From Saprolegnia diclina VS20 (Eukaryota): a stretch of DNA of 59,609 bases. Location of the stretch: contig NW_008246087.1 in assembly GCF_000281045.1 (NCBI RefSeq), forward strand, positions 541,629 through 601,237, in the 5' to 3' direction. Shown here in pieces: positions 35,667 through 49,039 of this stretch (positions are counted from its first letter, which is position 1; the number at the start of each line of letters is the position of its first letter). A model generated the notes under the pieces. It was not told the origin of the DNA. It worked only from the letters and a program-made list of their open reading frames with translations, and did not search any database. Made by a program: the position numbers and the translations under genes.

Positions 35667-36293
35667 TCACTTCGAAAGCAGCGGGTTCTTTGTGTTGAGC
35701 GCTGCCTGAAAGGCCGGCTCGTCAAACATACCCGGGCGATCGATGAAGTCCAAGAGCATCTCGACCGACTCTGTGCCGAAGAAGAGGCGACCTTGGTACT
35801 CGATGGTCGGGACGCCGAAGACGCCAGCGTTGACTGCATCCTCGGTGTTTTTCGTGAGCTTGGCCTTGACTGCCTCGTCCGTGGGCTTGGGAGTCGACGC
35901 TGGTAGCCCAATCGCTTCGCAGAATGCGGGCCATTCGTCGTTGGGGTCTCGGCCATCGGCAAAGACAAAGGCAAACGCCTTGTCGAGCATGGGCAGGTCG
36001 GCGTCAACTTGGGTCAGTAGGCGCTGCGGCGCGAGCGGTGAGAACGGGTGCAACGGCGGGAACTTAAATGGGACGCCCAGTTTCTCCGTCCGCCAGACCA
36101 TGGACGCATACGAGAAGGCGCGCTTGGACGGGATCTCCGCCGGGCCAATGTTCTTTTGCGAGCGCAGAAGGCCGGGGAGGAAGACGGGCACGGGGCGCAG
36201 GTCCAGCTTTGCCTCGAGCGGACCTCTCGTTCGCAAGAGGATGTGCGTAAAGGGCGAGATGATGTCGTAGTACAGGTTTGCGCGGGGCTTCAT
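35667..36293 (-). CDS. 2-hydroxychromene-2-carboxylate isomerase / GST-kappa (DsbA-like), copy 1, intronless
   Basis: YYDIISPF, PAEIPSKR, PFKFPPLHPF, AVNAGVFGVPT, FFG. Confidence 0.85.
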   Translation of the reverse strand: MKPRANLYYDIISPFTHILLRTRGPLEAKLDLRPVPVFLPGLLRSQKNIGPAEIPSKRAFSYASMVWRTEKLGVPFKFPPLHPFSPLAPQRLLTQVDADLPMLDKAFAFVFADGRDPNDEWPAFCEAIGLPASTPKPTDEAVKAKLTKNTEDAVNAGVFGVPTIEYQGRLFFGTESVEMLLDFIDRPGMFDEPAFQAALNTKNPLLSK

Positions 36294-36731
36294 GGCACTT
36301 CGTTGCAGTTCCGACTTTGCCTGTCGCCTCAACGTCAATCGAAGTTCGAAGATACCTTGAAGTTGGGAAGATCGCAACAATTCGATTGAGTGAGCGAACT
36401 TGTGTGCTTGGGAGGCTGACGCCAAGAGCTCCAGTGTTAGTGACGCTACTAGCTTGGGCACACTAGTCGCTTTGTCTTTGAGGACTTGTGCATTGTACCC
36501 TTGCGCTCGACGTGGCAAGCGACGGGCACTTCCAATACCAAATGCTTTTATACGATGATTTTGTGCCAAGAACTTTGTGGTTTTGACAAGATGATTCAGC
36601 TGTGTTTCCAGGCAGCTCGCATGTAAATTTGCTGGCGTTTGTAGTGAAATTACTAGAGTTCTAGAGCTATAGGTATCTATGCATGCCAAGGCATCACCAC
36701 ACAACACGATCGAGGCTTCAGCGCAACCGCC

Positions 36732-37361
36732 TTATTCTTTGCGCGCGAACGGGTTTTCCGTCGCCCACGCCGCTTTGTACGCCGGATCGTTAAACATGTC
36801 TGGATCGTCGAGAAACTCGAGGAGCCATTCCATCGAGTCGGCGCCAAAGAAGAGCTGGTCCTGGTACGCAATCGTGGGCACACCAAAGACTCCCTGCCGC
36901 GCGGCGGCCTCTGTGTTAGCAATGAGCTTGGCCTTGATCGTAGCGTCCGTTGGCTTGACCGTCGACATCGGCAGTCCCAGCGCCGCGCAGAACTCGGGCC
37001 ACTTTTCGTCCGGGTCCTGACCGTGACCAAAGACAAAGTCGAACGCTTTGTCGAGCATGGCTAAGTCGGCGTTCTCCTGTGCGAGCAGTCGAAGGGCCGG
37101 CGTCGCTGGAAACGGGTGTCGCGGCGGAAACTTGAACGGAAGCCCAAGCTTTTTGGTCGAGCGCACGACCGAGGCGTAGATGAAGGCGCGCTTCGAAGGA
37201 ATCGCCATCGGTCCCACGACGTTGTGGGCCTTGAAGAGGCCAGGCAAGTAGATCGGCACGGGGCGCAAGTCCAGCTTCGCCTCGAGCGGCGCCCGCGTCT
37301 TCAAGAGTATGTACGCATACGGCGAGAGGATGTCGTAGTAGAAAGTTGCCCGCGGCTTCAT
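36732..37361 (-). CDS. HCCA isomerase / GST-kappa (DsbA-like), copy 2, intronless
   Basis: YYDILSPY, IPSKRAF, PFKFPPRHPF, ARQGVFGVPT, FFGADS. Confidence 0.85.
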   Translation of the reverse strand: MKPRATFYYDILSPYAYILLKTRAPLEAKLDLRPVPIYLPGLFKAHNVVGPMAIPSKRAFIYASVVRSTKKLGLPFKFPPRHPFPATPALRLLAQENADLAMLDKAFDFVFGHGQDPDEKWPEFCAALGLPMSTVKPTDATIKAKLIANTEAAARQGVFGVPTIAYQDQLFFGADSMEWLLEFLDDPDMFNDPAYKAAWATENPFARKE

Positions 37362-37944
37362 TTGAAATGACGTTGCTGTTGATGCATCGCTGCCGAAAAT
37401 AAGCTCGAAACGTGGCGCCCTCCTGTGCGAGTGCCACATTGCGTACCAGCCGCATGCGGGATGCGATTGCTGGCTTCCACTTCTGCGGCTGAATACTACA
37501 ATGCGCACACAACGAGCACTCGATGTCGCGCTAGAGCGTTGTCCGTGCCGTGTTGCATGGTCTTATGGCCGAGCGCTCGTCGCTGGGATGGGACGGTGTG
37601 CGGCAGATGCCGAATCTAAATACAGCTAAAAACACCGCACTTGGCGCGCACCCCTCGAGGCGCCAAAGTATGCAGGAGAACCCAGTGCGAGGAGTAGGGT
37701 CTCTCTACGCTTGTTTCATGTAGATTATGCAAGGCGTCCTCTGTCGTGCGCGTGTCGGTGGTGCGGGCTGCGCGGTGCTTGCTGTTGCTACCTGCATCCG
37801 TAAGGGGGCGTGTGTTTAGCCCTTTCTTCTCGAACGCGAGCGTCGTTCGCGCCAGCAATTTTTATCCGGAGGTTTTCTATCCGGTTGCGCTGCGCGGCCC
37901 GCGCTTGGCAGCCACGAAAAGACTGCCAAGTACAGACAACCGCC

Positions 37945-38079
37945 ATGTTCGCCGTCAAGAAGAAGCCGCAAGTCGACCACAGCAAGCAGCGCCGCGCGCT
38001 CATGCTGGACGTGCTCAAGATGGGTCTCTTCTTCGCCACCATCCGCGCGGCCTCGGTGCTCCTCAACGGCGACGAGTAG
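37945..38079 (+). CDS. 44-aa single-TM protein, possibly Tom5-like
   Basis: MFAVKKKPQVDHSKQRRALMLDVLKMGLFFATIRAASVLLNGDE; strong host codon bias and CGCCATG start context. Confidence 0.5.
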   Translation: MFAVKKKPQVDHSKQRRALMLDVLKMGLFFATIRAASVLLNGDE

Positions 38080-38191
38080 AAGCGGTGCGCTTCCATACCT
38101 CGACTTTCGCCATCTAATGTACTAACGTCCTCCTATATCTTCATCTACCTTGCTCATCGTCGTGCTTTATATATTATATATCGGTGCCTGC

Positions 38192-39335
38192 TTATTCGTC
38201 GTCGGCTTCTTCGTCGGCGTCTTCTTCCATCTCGACGTCCTGGCTAAGCTCGTCGTCGACAGCGTTCAGCGAGTCGACCGCGACGTCGCACTTGGCCATA
38301 AGCACCTTGAGGGCCTCGGGCAGGAGCTCCTCGGGCTTGAGCATACCGACGGTCTCGACCGAGTAGATAAAGTGGTCGCTCACGCGGCCGAGCTTGACCT
38401 TGGCGTCCCAGCCCGGCGCGCGGATGCACTCGCGGCACATGGTGCAGTCACGCGGGCGGGCGACGACCGCGACCGAGTCTTCAATGTCAAAGACGTTCAT
38501 GGGGCACGTCTTCTGGAGCGTCTTGGCATCCGCGCCCTTGAGCGGCGCCGGGAACTGAATGTCCGGCAGCAACCGGTACGACGCCGTGGCGACGGGCGAG
38601 AACTTGGCGTGGTCTTTGCCGACACCCTTGCGGCAATGGGCTTCGAGCGCAATGCACTGGCCAGGACGCAGCTTGGCAATGAGAATGTCTTCCGAGACGG
38701 GGCGGATGTTGCCAAAGCGCTCCTCCTGCATGCCCTGCGGGATCCACTCCAAGTGACGCGAGTATACGGACGCGTTCGTGGCCTTGGAGATGTCGGACGG
38801 ATCTTCCTTGCTCGCTTCGCAGACCACGTCGAGCTTGAAGACAAGCGTGTTTTCGTCCGTGGCCTCGGCCTCTTCGTGTTCTACACAAGACACAAGATTC
38901 CATGAGCCATGACACAGTCAAACGTGTGCGCGTACCCGGGAACGACTGAAAGTCGCGCGGGTCCACCATGAGCGGGATCAAGCCCAAGCGGTGCGCAAGC
39001 ACTTCGTCTTGGATGATCGACGAGTTGTTCCAGATGTACACATGCTCGATGGCCATGGTCGGGACCTCGGCGAGAAGGATGCGGCGGAACGCGTTCGCGA
39101 TCGACGCGTCAATGCCCACCATGTCAAAGACCATGCTCTCTTCGTCGAGGCTCTGGATCTTGATCTTGAAGTTCTTCTTGAACGACTCGAGGAACTTGGT
39201 GCTTGCCTCACATTCCGTGTCGGGCTACGCAGGTAGAGGCTGCATGAGGCGGCCATCCATTGCCAGCGCCAAGCGCTGCCAGGCTCGTACCATGTGGGGC
39301 GCGTCCGTGCCAATGCGAATGATCGTCTTCGTCAT
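38192..39335 (-). CDS. RPC40: RNA polymerase I/III shared subunit AC40 (2 introns)
   Basis: [80 protein letters not shown]. Confidence 0.96.
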
Positions 39336-39962
39336 CGATGAGCCGTCGTCGATCCAAGCGCCGCAACTTCAAATGTGGTCGCTTGATCTTGTAGAGGCCA
39401 CCCAATTGAATCAAATTATTGGTTTGTATCGGTTCCGACAAAGTGCGGGTTTCGCTTAGGTTCAACGCGCACTTGAACGGCGATTTCAAATAGTGTTGTG
39501 GCGTCGACACTGTCATGACGACAACACTCCCACGCACCCCATACAAGAGAGCCGAAGCCCGCCCCTGTGGCCACATGGGCAGCACGATGGCTTCAATAAA
39601 AGCATAGCAGATGATCTTTGGTATCTGCTGCCAATAAGATCTCAGCCATTTGGGGCGCTGGGAAGGAGTTGGCAACTCCGAGCCGTTTCCAAGAGCGCCA
39701 GAGCTGCAACACGGCAGTTTTAAGCAGAGCCCAGTATGTCGCTTGCAGCAGGCCATTCTGGTCGGTAGTATTATACAGCAGTGCAGATTAAAGTGGTGGT
39801 GCAGTACGTGCAACTTGTTCGAGTCCCGCCAGGAGTACATCTTGAGTCCCGCACAGCACAACCACAACACTATTTAAGTCTAAATATCACACACTATACG
39901 AGGTGTGAATCCCGCGGCGCTCAGTCGAATCGCGCCTGCCACCACCCGAAGAAAGGACGACG

Positions 39963-40412
39963 ATGTCTCGAAGCTTGCGCATGGGGTCCAAGACGGACGT
40001 CTTGAAGACGCTGCGGTCGCTTGTCCGCATCAACCGCGAGAGCACGGGCAACAAGCTCTGGGCTAACCTCCTCCTTGAGAAGGTATATCATTGATCTTAT
40101 TGCTCGACGCTGCTCATTTGTCTCCTCCAACTCAGTACCGTGCGCGCCAGTTCGAGACGGACCGCGAGAAGATCAAGCACTACCGCAGCGAGGCCACGGA
40201 CCTCTTGACGCTTTGGAGCGGTGTCGCCGAGCAAAAGGTACGCGATGGCTACGATGCACAAGGTGCAAACTCGCTTGTGCTAGACGCTGTGGTCGTTGGA
40301 CGCGGGCATTGAGAAGCGGTTCAGCTCGAAGGAGATCGTCAACAAGTCGGCGCGTCTCGTGGGTCTTCAGGTGCCCGACATGTACACGGACAAGGACGAA
40401 AACAAGCTTTAA
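39963..40412 (+). CDS. FMC1: FMC1-like ATP synthase assembly factor (LYR-related), 2 introns
   Basis: Spliced LRSLVRINRE...LLLEK|YRARQ...HYRSEATDLL...|EIVNKSARLVGLQVP; the C-terminal SA.LVGL..P motif is typical of FMC1. Confidence 0.65.
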
Positions 40413-40481
40413 TTAAGAAGCAATACCCGCACTAAACGACGAGAAATACACAACGCGTCCTCGCCGCATGCAGTCGTTGTA

Positions 40482-41348
40482 CTACTCGTCGTCGTCGTGG
40501 CCTGCAAGATTGGCTGCCTCGTCGGCGTCAGCGGGCTCGACCGAGACAAAGCCCGAGCGCAAGTCCTGCACCAGCACGCGGCTGTACTTGCCGCTTTCCT
40601 TGAGGACAAAGATTTCGGCCGATGTCAAGTCGCAAATGATCGCAAAGTAGCTTGCGCTCGACGGCTTTGTGATGTGAATCTCGTCGCCTTCCTGGAGAAT
40701 CCAGTCCTTGTACAGCATCTTGCCCTTCTCAAAGCGAGCAAAGATCGGGTTCCCGTCGTCGTCGTTGCCCTTGCGCGCCTTGGCAATCGTAGCAGAGGCA
40801 AACGCATCGGCCGCCTCCTCGAGGAGGCGAAGGTCGCCACCAATCTCGGTCGAGCTCAGCATCTTGGCGAGCGGTGTAAAGACCGTGGCTGGCCGCTTCG
40901 AGCGCGAGTTGCTCCAGTCGTCGCCCAGCGAAAATGCTGCGTGAGGCTTCTTGCGGCTACGTGTGTGTCTTCGAGACGCTTGGCGGTTGTAGGCCATGGA
41001 CGCTTTGTTGTACGAGTGCGACCCGGCGCCATGGGCGCGTTGGGCCACGGCGCGGTTCATCTCGAGCCGAATCTCCTCAAGCATGTCGTGCTTGAGCTTT
41101 GCGCAGGCTGCGACGTACTCCTTCTCGGCCTCTTCGCTCTCGTACGTGAAGATGACGTCCGCGCTCGCCGCCAAGTGGGCCGTGCGCGTCTCGCCAAACG
41201 CAAGGATGCGCTGCTTGTCCTGAACGAGCGGCGATAGGCGCGCGATGAAGTCCTCGTGCGTGCCGGACTCAATGAGCTGCAATGAGCGCTCGAGCATCGC
41301 CTTCTCGGCCAGCAGCTTCTGCTGCTTGAGCGCAGTCGGTGTTGGCAT
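40482..41348 (-). CDS. Sds3/BRMS1-like Sin3-HDAC complex subunit
   Basis: LQLIESGTHEDFIARLSPL...YESEEAEKEY...LKHDML coiled coil; C-terminal beta-rich domain with GKMLYKDWILQEGD. Confidence 0.65.
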   Translation of the reverse strand: MPTPTALKQQKLLAEKAMLERSLQLIESGTHEDFIARLSPLVQDKQRILAFGETRTAHLAASADVIFTYESEEAEKEYVAACAKLKHDMLEEIRLEMNRAVAQRAHGAGSHSYNKASMAYNRQASRRHTRSRKKPHAAFSLGDDWSNSRSKRPATVFTPLAKMLSSTEIGGDLRLLEEAADAFASATIAKARKGNDDDGNPIFARFEKGKMLYKDWILQEGDEIHITKPSSASYFAIICDLTSAEIFVLKESGKYSRVLVQDLRSGFVSVEPADADEAANLAGHDDDE

Positions 41349-42663
41349 CCTGCCCTTGTTGTCGTCTTGTGCCCTGTGTCGTCTGGCGGCCTGGTTCCAA
41401 ACCACTCCGGATACACCCTCGATTGTGGAACCTCTTATCCGTATTTTCCGGATGCACCGGCGTTACGACACCCTGCCCGGGACGCAGTGCATAGGAGCTC
41501 TCTTTCAAAGCTTGGCGCTCCTCGCTGAAAGCACCTCGTCCAGTGTGCCTCCTTCGTGTCGTCTGCGGCTCGTCTGCAGCAAGCACGGCACATACGCCGT
41601 CGGTCGACGTCGTAAGTACAGGAGTATCCGGATGCGTGCGAAACGTTTCCCGCTCGGTGGTTTTCATTTTTCACCTCGGCGTTTCTGAGTTCAACGGCTT
41701 TTGCCGCGCCAATCTTGAGATTCGAACACCACGCCAAGACCAGAGCATATCCCACGAGATAAGCTAAAAGGCTAGCCTTGTGCCTATGCGTAGCGTAGGA
41801 ATACTGGGTTTGTGATGCTTCGTATGCAGACATTCCAGCATCTCCCTGCAGTTCGCTACGTTGCTATACTTTAGTACGTGGTGGGAGGCTCCATGTACGC
41901 ACCATTGCACGCTCTATTGCAATGCGCCAGAGCGTCGACGATGGTTACTACCTCCACCAGTTGGGTCGAGGCCGAGTAATATTCAGCTTTTGGAGTTGCT
42001 GGGAATGGTTCGATATGGCCGCCAAGTTGTCGAGCCGCCAGCAGCCGGCAACAGCTCCAGTCATTTGCGTTGTACCTCTTGGTTCTACAACGTTGTACCG
42101 ATATCGTACATACGCACGCGTGATATGCAGAGCCCCTCGTACGTATGTGGCTCTATCGCAATGGTACCGCGACGCCCATTTTTGCATCTCATCTCAATGC
42201 ACAAAGCCAAGCACGTACATAGATTTCCCTGATGATTCGTGCGTGTATTCGCCTCGTCAAAACAACTAGCGTCTTTTCCACGCAGCCGTTCGTCGTGGGA
42301 GCGAAATCAGCAGTGGCAAGGGTCCACCAACATGGCCCTCGCCTCTCGCCGGCGTGTGGATGCAGCCAGCGGCAAATCGACTTATGCTTGTATGTGTATA
42401 CTTTATACAAGGTTAAAAATCTTGTCGAGCCGTCACGGACGTGTGGCCGCGGTGGACACCTCGCAAGATGGTACGGCCTGCAGTTGAACGCCGAGGCTTC
42501 TTCTCATGCACGTGAGCGCCCCTTTGCGCTCGATGTCATCCGGAACTGAGTCAACGAGCCCAAAATAGCGAGAAAGTAGAAATAATTTCAACCGCAAATA
42601 CGTTGTTCAAGATGATTTTTCATGTTGCATGATTCATAATTCTGCTTGCCAACGGCCGGCAAG

Positions 42664-43148
42664 ATGCCTCAGCAGACGAGCTTCGAGGAGCTGGCGACGC
42701 CCCGCGACCCACCGCCCATGATGACATTGGAGCAGCAGCGACAGAACCAGGTACGCCCTACGAGCATGGTCGACCTCCTACATGGGCGGCGTAGGAAGGC
42801 GACCTTGACGAGATCCTCGCGGGGGCGAAGCGCATCAAGAACCACGCGATAGCTGCGCAGGACGAGGTCGCTGCACAGGACGTCATCATCTCCAACCTTG
42901 GACAGGTGCGTGCTCTATTATCCTTCCAATAAGCTGCACGGCCACCGGCATAGACAACAGTCGCTGCCACCGCCGAGCTCACGGCCCAAGCAGAGGTGGC
43001 CAAGGCTGTCAACAAGCGCAAGAAGCAGGTTCACAGCTCCGTTGCTACAACCGAGGCCTCATTCGCTGCGTCGTAGGTCTGCGCCTACTACATCATCATC
43101 GCCATCTTGACGGTCGCGCTCATCTTGATCCTAATTCTTATTCCGTAA
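42664..43148 (+). CDS. Third small Qc-SNARE paralog (4 exons)
   Basis: QNQ|EGDLDEILAGAKRIKNHAIAAQDEVAAQDVIISNLGQ|...KRKKQ|VCAYYIIIAILTVALILILILIP. Confidence 0.7.
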
Positions 43149-43255
43149 TGTGCAGCGTACGGAACGTTGTCTTGCATCGGCTGTGTGTATGGACCAAGTA
43201 GACTTAAGTACAGCTGACATCGCTCCTCGTTAAGTATTACAAAACACGAGGCAAC

Positions 43256-44854
<1,599 letters not shown>

Positions 44855-45776
44855 TCATTCAATGAATTCGGCGGACGATTTTAAAAAGCGGCCCAGCGCT
44901 TGCTGGCCGCAGACCATACACACTGCAAGTTTGTATGGCCGGGATATCCATTGGCTGCCCCCGAGTGGGTGCGGGCATGGCCAATCGGTTGCCGCCATTG
45001 CTGTGAATATCCGAATATAGAAGCTTCGCAGGGATCTTTGCGATGTGATTGGCCACAATGGACGAATCGTATGGCGTGCTGTCGCTCGTATCCGGAAGAT
45101 GCGCCGGAAGTGCTCGCGCTTGGTAAACACCCACGCGCACTTGGACGCACGTGCGGGGTTGAACTTGGAACCGCGTGTGTTTGGTTGGCTCGCGCCTTGC
45201 TTCACACCAAGGCGAAGAAACAGGACGCGCGGCTGAGATTCGCGAAGCTCGAGATTCAACTTGCAGACGAGACGGGTTTTGCTTCAGTCCGCGAAAGAGA
45301 TTCTTGGGTCTTTTTAGACACATGCCGAACAAGCATTTTGCGCTGCGGACACGTGGCTACGCGCACGCCATCGAAGCTTCGGCAGTAGCCGTTTCGAAGC
45401 CTCCGAGCATCACACGGCGCCAGGACACGTCTTCCATGCGCCTATGCTGCATAAAGCATCCTATCTCAACACAGAGATGGTGGTCCAACGACGGTAGTAC
45501 GAGTGTAGGATGGACAAAGCGGATCGCCGTAGACAGGCCAACAAGGCACCTTCTCGTTCACACTATTTACGTATGATTGGGTTGCCGGCCACCACGAGAA
45601 ACCGATAAATAGTGTAAGCCACTTGCAGCCGATTCGCCGGTTTGTTGCAATTTCGGTTATATAACCGAGCTCTCAAGTCGGTTAGAAAGGTCGACATGTG
45701 ATTGGCCAAAATGGTGTTGGAAATGGCGACCCCGTTCCTTTTCGAGCAATTGGTGGTCTGCGCTCTTCAGCAAAAG

Positions 45777-46367
45777 ATGGCTCTGTTCCGCGCGTTCGCT
45801 CATGCTCGCGCCTCGCGCCCGCTGATGCCGGCTGCCTTCCGCGCCTTCTCTTCGGACGCCGCCACGCCCGCGAGCTTCTCGATCGTGCGCCACCCGCAGA
45901 CCGACGCCACCTTGAGCGCGTCGGCGGCGGCCGGCGATATCTTTGCCGTCGTCAAATTGGGCTGCACGCAATACAAGGTGACACAGGTACGCTGCTTTTC
46001 GCTTCGCGTACAGCACGTAGCTCATGTTGCGCCATGGCAGGGCGACGTGGTCATTGCCGAGAAGATCATTGACGCCAAGGTCGGCACGATCATGGACCTC
46101 AACGAGGTATATCACGTTTGTTGGTCGATGCATCGTATCTTAGCGCCTTGTCGCTAGGTGCTTTTGATCGGGTCGCCCAACCAGACGATCATCGGCCGCC
46201 CGTTCATCACGGGTGCCAAGGTCCAAGCCCGCGTCGAGGAGCAAACGCTCGACGAAAAGATTGATATTTTCAAGAAGAAGCGCCGAAAGAACTACCGCCG
46301 GTGGAACGGGTACCGCCGCCAAGTCACGGTCTTGCGTGTCACCGAGGTCCTTCCCGGCGATCTCTAA
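45777..46367 (+). CDS. MRPL21: Mitochondrial ribosomal protein bL21 (2 introns)
   Basis: Presequence; FAVVKLGCTQYKVTQ|GD, IIGRPFITGAKVQARVEEQ, IFKKKRRKNYRRWNGYRRQVTVLRV. Confidence 0.93.
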
Positions 46368-48079
46368 GCGACAGCATCGCTTTGTTAGAAAGGTAGAAAC
46401 TGGATCCGTCGCGGAACTACTCTAAAACAGTTCAATGCAACCTGCTCCATGCTTGCATTGCACCAGCCATACTAGTAGCAGCTAGCGTCCAGCAAACTCT
46501 GTTGGGCGCCGTGTCCTGCATTGCGCTGTTTCCACCGACAGTGCTTGCCATGCCCAGTCCAGTTGGGCATCAACGACACCATCATCTTGGCTCGAAGGTT
46601 CTCCTTTTGCTTCCGCCAGTAGATCTGTGTGAGTAAAATCACTCGATAGAGAGGACGGGAGGCACGATAGCAGGGATTGCGTGGAGTCATCATTGCACTT
46701 CGCACCCAACGTCGCTCGGTGCTGCCTCGCTCCTCGATGACGGCGTTGCTTTGCAGAAGCCACGGCGGTCGTTGCCCATGCATCATCCTCCGTGATGCAA
46801 CGAGCCGGTACAGTTTGTGTGCTCCCATCTAGAGGCAAGCACAAGGGACGACGCCTTGTTCAGGGTACGGATACCGCATGCAGCGAGTACCGTGATGAAT
46901 GCCTTGCTTATGGAGTACATACGTCGTGGCTGACGTGGGTCGATGTACCTAGCGAGTGACTGTAGCGACTGGAGGTGCGTTGTCAGCAGCGTCAAGGAGA
47001 CAAGCGTCGGTGCTTGGAGGTAGATACCGACATTGACACGAAGCGCTTCGCAGTTGACCACGCAATGCAGTCATTTTCACACATGGACAAATTCAAGCAT
47101 GATCGCCGGATCCACTTGAACGCTAGTTCAGGCCAATGTAGCTCGTGGCTGGTACTTGTTGCTACCCGAATGTGTTGCCTGTCGCGCAGCGTCAGCCACA
47201 AGGGGTGTGTCTTCCCGACTAATGGTAACGACTGCCTCCAGCAGCTCGAGCCGCTACGTCAACACTACTTGGGTTGACATAATGCGTACAAACTATACTC
47301 CCGGTATCCGCGACCTGCTTCCATGCCCTTCGTACGTGCAGCGACGCGCTCGGCTCGCATCACGCCCGAGCTGTCCAGTACGACGCGCTAGCATGCTAAC
47401 GCGGGCGTCAAGAAGGTTGCCACCACTACCCTATGTGTACAAGTACATCGCATCGCGGACGCTGCTTGTGCGGTCATTGCGTACTAGTAGGCAGCATCCT
47501 CGGCGGCGCGGCCCGCCAACCTCGTCTCGGTGGCACCATGTTCCATTTTTTCGATTGCTAAGCGCGTTTGCTGAGCTAGGCTACAGAGCTATACCAGCGC
47601 CACCCACTGCAGTCGCGGCCCACCCATACAGGTCCAAGCTGGCTTAGAGCCAAGCACCTCTCAAGATGATCCACGGATCTCGAGTAGAGGCACTTTCGAG
47701 GCCGACCACACCTTCCACCATCGCTAAGCTGTGGAAGCCATAGCCGCCGTCAAGGTGCTTGCTTCCGCTGCAAGCAGCAGCGACCGCATGCGCCTGCCCA
47801 TGCTTTAGCGCATGCTCGGCCACCGTCCTCGGCCGGCTTGCAACAGACGCCCGTGTAGATCTTTTCGGTAAAGTCCGCGCACTTAAGGAGGACGCCACCG
47901 AACGACTGGTCGCTCAGCGGGACCAATTTGCATACATTCGTTAAAGTGCGCTTTTTTTCTTAGCTCCACCAATCACATGTGGCGGCAAACGCGCTCGGTG
48001 GTTGGTTCCCAGCTCGAGAGCTCATCCAAGCCATAGATTTCCTATCCGTTCCATTTTCAATTTACCAACCTCAACGAAG

Positions 48080-49039
48080 ATGTCTGGACGTGGTTTCGGT
48101 GGACGTGGCGGTGGCCGTGGCGGCGGTCGTGGCGCTGGTGGTCGTGGCGGTGGCCGCGGCTTCTCGGGCGGTCGTGGTGCTGCTCCCGGCGGCCGTGGTG
48201 GCCGTGGTGGCCGTGGCGATGGTGGTCGCGGCCGTGGTGCCGGTGGCCGTGGTGCCGGCGGTCGTGGCGGCGGTCGCGGCGGTGGTCGTGGCGGCATGGC
48301 CGGTGGCAACAAGGTCATCGTCGAGCCCCATCGCCACGGCGGTGTCTTCATTGCCCGCGGCAAGGAAGATGCTCTCGTGACGCTCAACTCGACGCCCGGC
48401 AAGTCGGTCTACGGCGAGAAGCGTATCTCGGTCGATGTGCCTGCCGCTTCGGGCGAGGGTACCGAGAAGGTCGAGTACCGCGTGTGGAACCCGTTCCGCT
48501 CCAAGTTGGCTGCCGCGATCCTCGGCGGTGTCGACAACATCTGGATGGGCCCCGGCGCCAAGGTCCTCTACATCGGTGGTGCCTCGGGTACGACCGTCTC
48601 GCACGTCTCGGACATTGTCGGCCCCACGGGCGCCGTGTACGCTGTCGAGTTCTCGCACCGCTCGGGCCGCGATCTCATCAACATGGCCAAGTCGCGCACG
48701 AACGTGATCCCGATCATTGAAGATGCTCGCCACCCGCTCAAGTACCGCATGCTCGTGCCGATGGTCGACACGATCTTCGCCGATGTCGCCCAGCCCGATC
48801 AGGCCCGTATCGTCGCCCTCAACGCCTCGTACTTCCTCAAGAACGGCGGCCACTTCGTCGTCTCGATCAAGGCCAGCTGCATTGACTCGACGGCGCCCGC
48901 CGAGGCCGTCTTCACGCGCGAAGTCAAGAAGCTCCAGCAGGACCAGTTCAAGCCCGCCGAGCAGCTTACGCTCGAGCCGTATGAGCGTGACCACGCCGTG
49001 GTCGTCGGTTCGTACCGCGTCGCGAAGAAGGAAAAGTAA
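48080..49039 (+). CDS. NOP1: Fibrillarin, rRNA 2'-O-methyltransferase
   Basis: RGG/GAR domain; [47 protein letters not shown]. Confidence 0.99.
   Translation: MSGRGFGGRGGGRGGGRGAGGRGGGRGFSGGRGAAPGGRGGRGGRGDGGRGRGAGGRGAGGRGGGRGGGRGGMAGGNKVIVEPHRHGGVFIARGKEDALVTLNSTPGKSVYGEKRISVDVPAASGEGTEKVEYRVWNPFRSKLAAAILGGVDNIWMGPGAKVLYIGGASGTTVSHVSDIVGPTGAVYAVEFSHRSGRDLINMAKSRTNVIPIIEDARHPLKYRMLVPMVDTIFADVAQPDQARIVALNASYFLKNGGHFVVSIKASCIDSTAPAEAVFTREVKKLQQDQFKPAEQLTLEPYERDHAVVVGSYRVAKKEK

Noticed and set aside
36294..36707. Apparent N-terminal extension of HCCA isomerase copy 1 (346-aa ORF)
   Set aside because: Non-coding composition; the paralogue starts at the equivalent MKPRA.
38085..38130. TACTAAC branch-point-like motif after the 44-aa ORF
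   Set aside because: No AG acceptor at a suitable distance.
41700..41810. GCGTAGGAA resembling the 3' end of a TPP riboswitch
   Set aside because: The CTGAGA, ACCTGA and TAATGC core elements are not in the required arrangement.
48085..48300. GGY-CGY-rich repeats
   Set aside because: They encode the fibrillarin GAR domain and are not an independent repeat or CRISPR.
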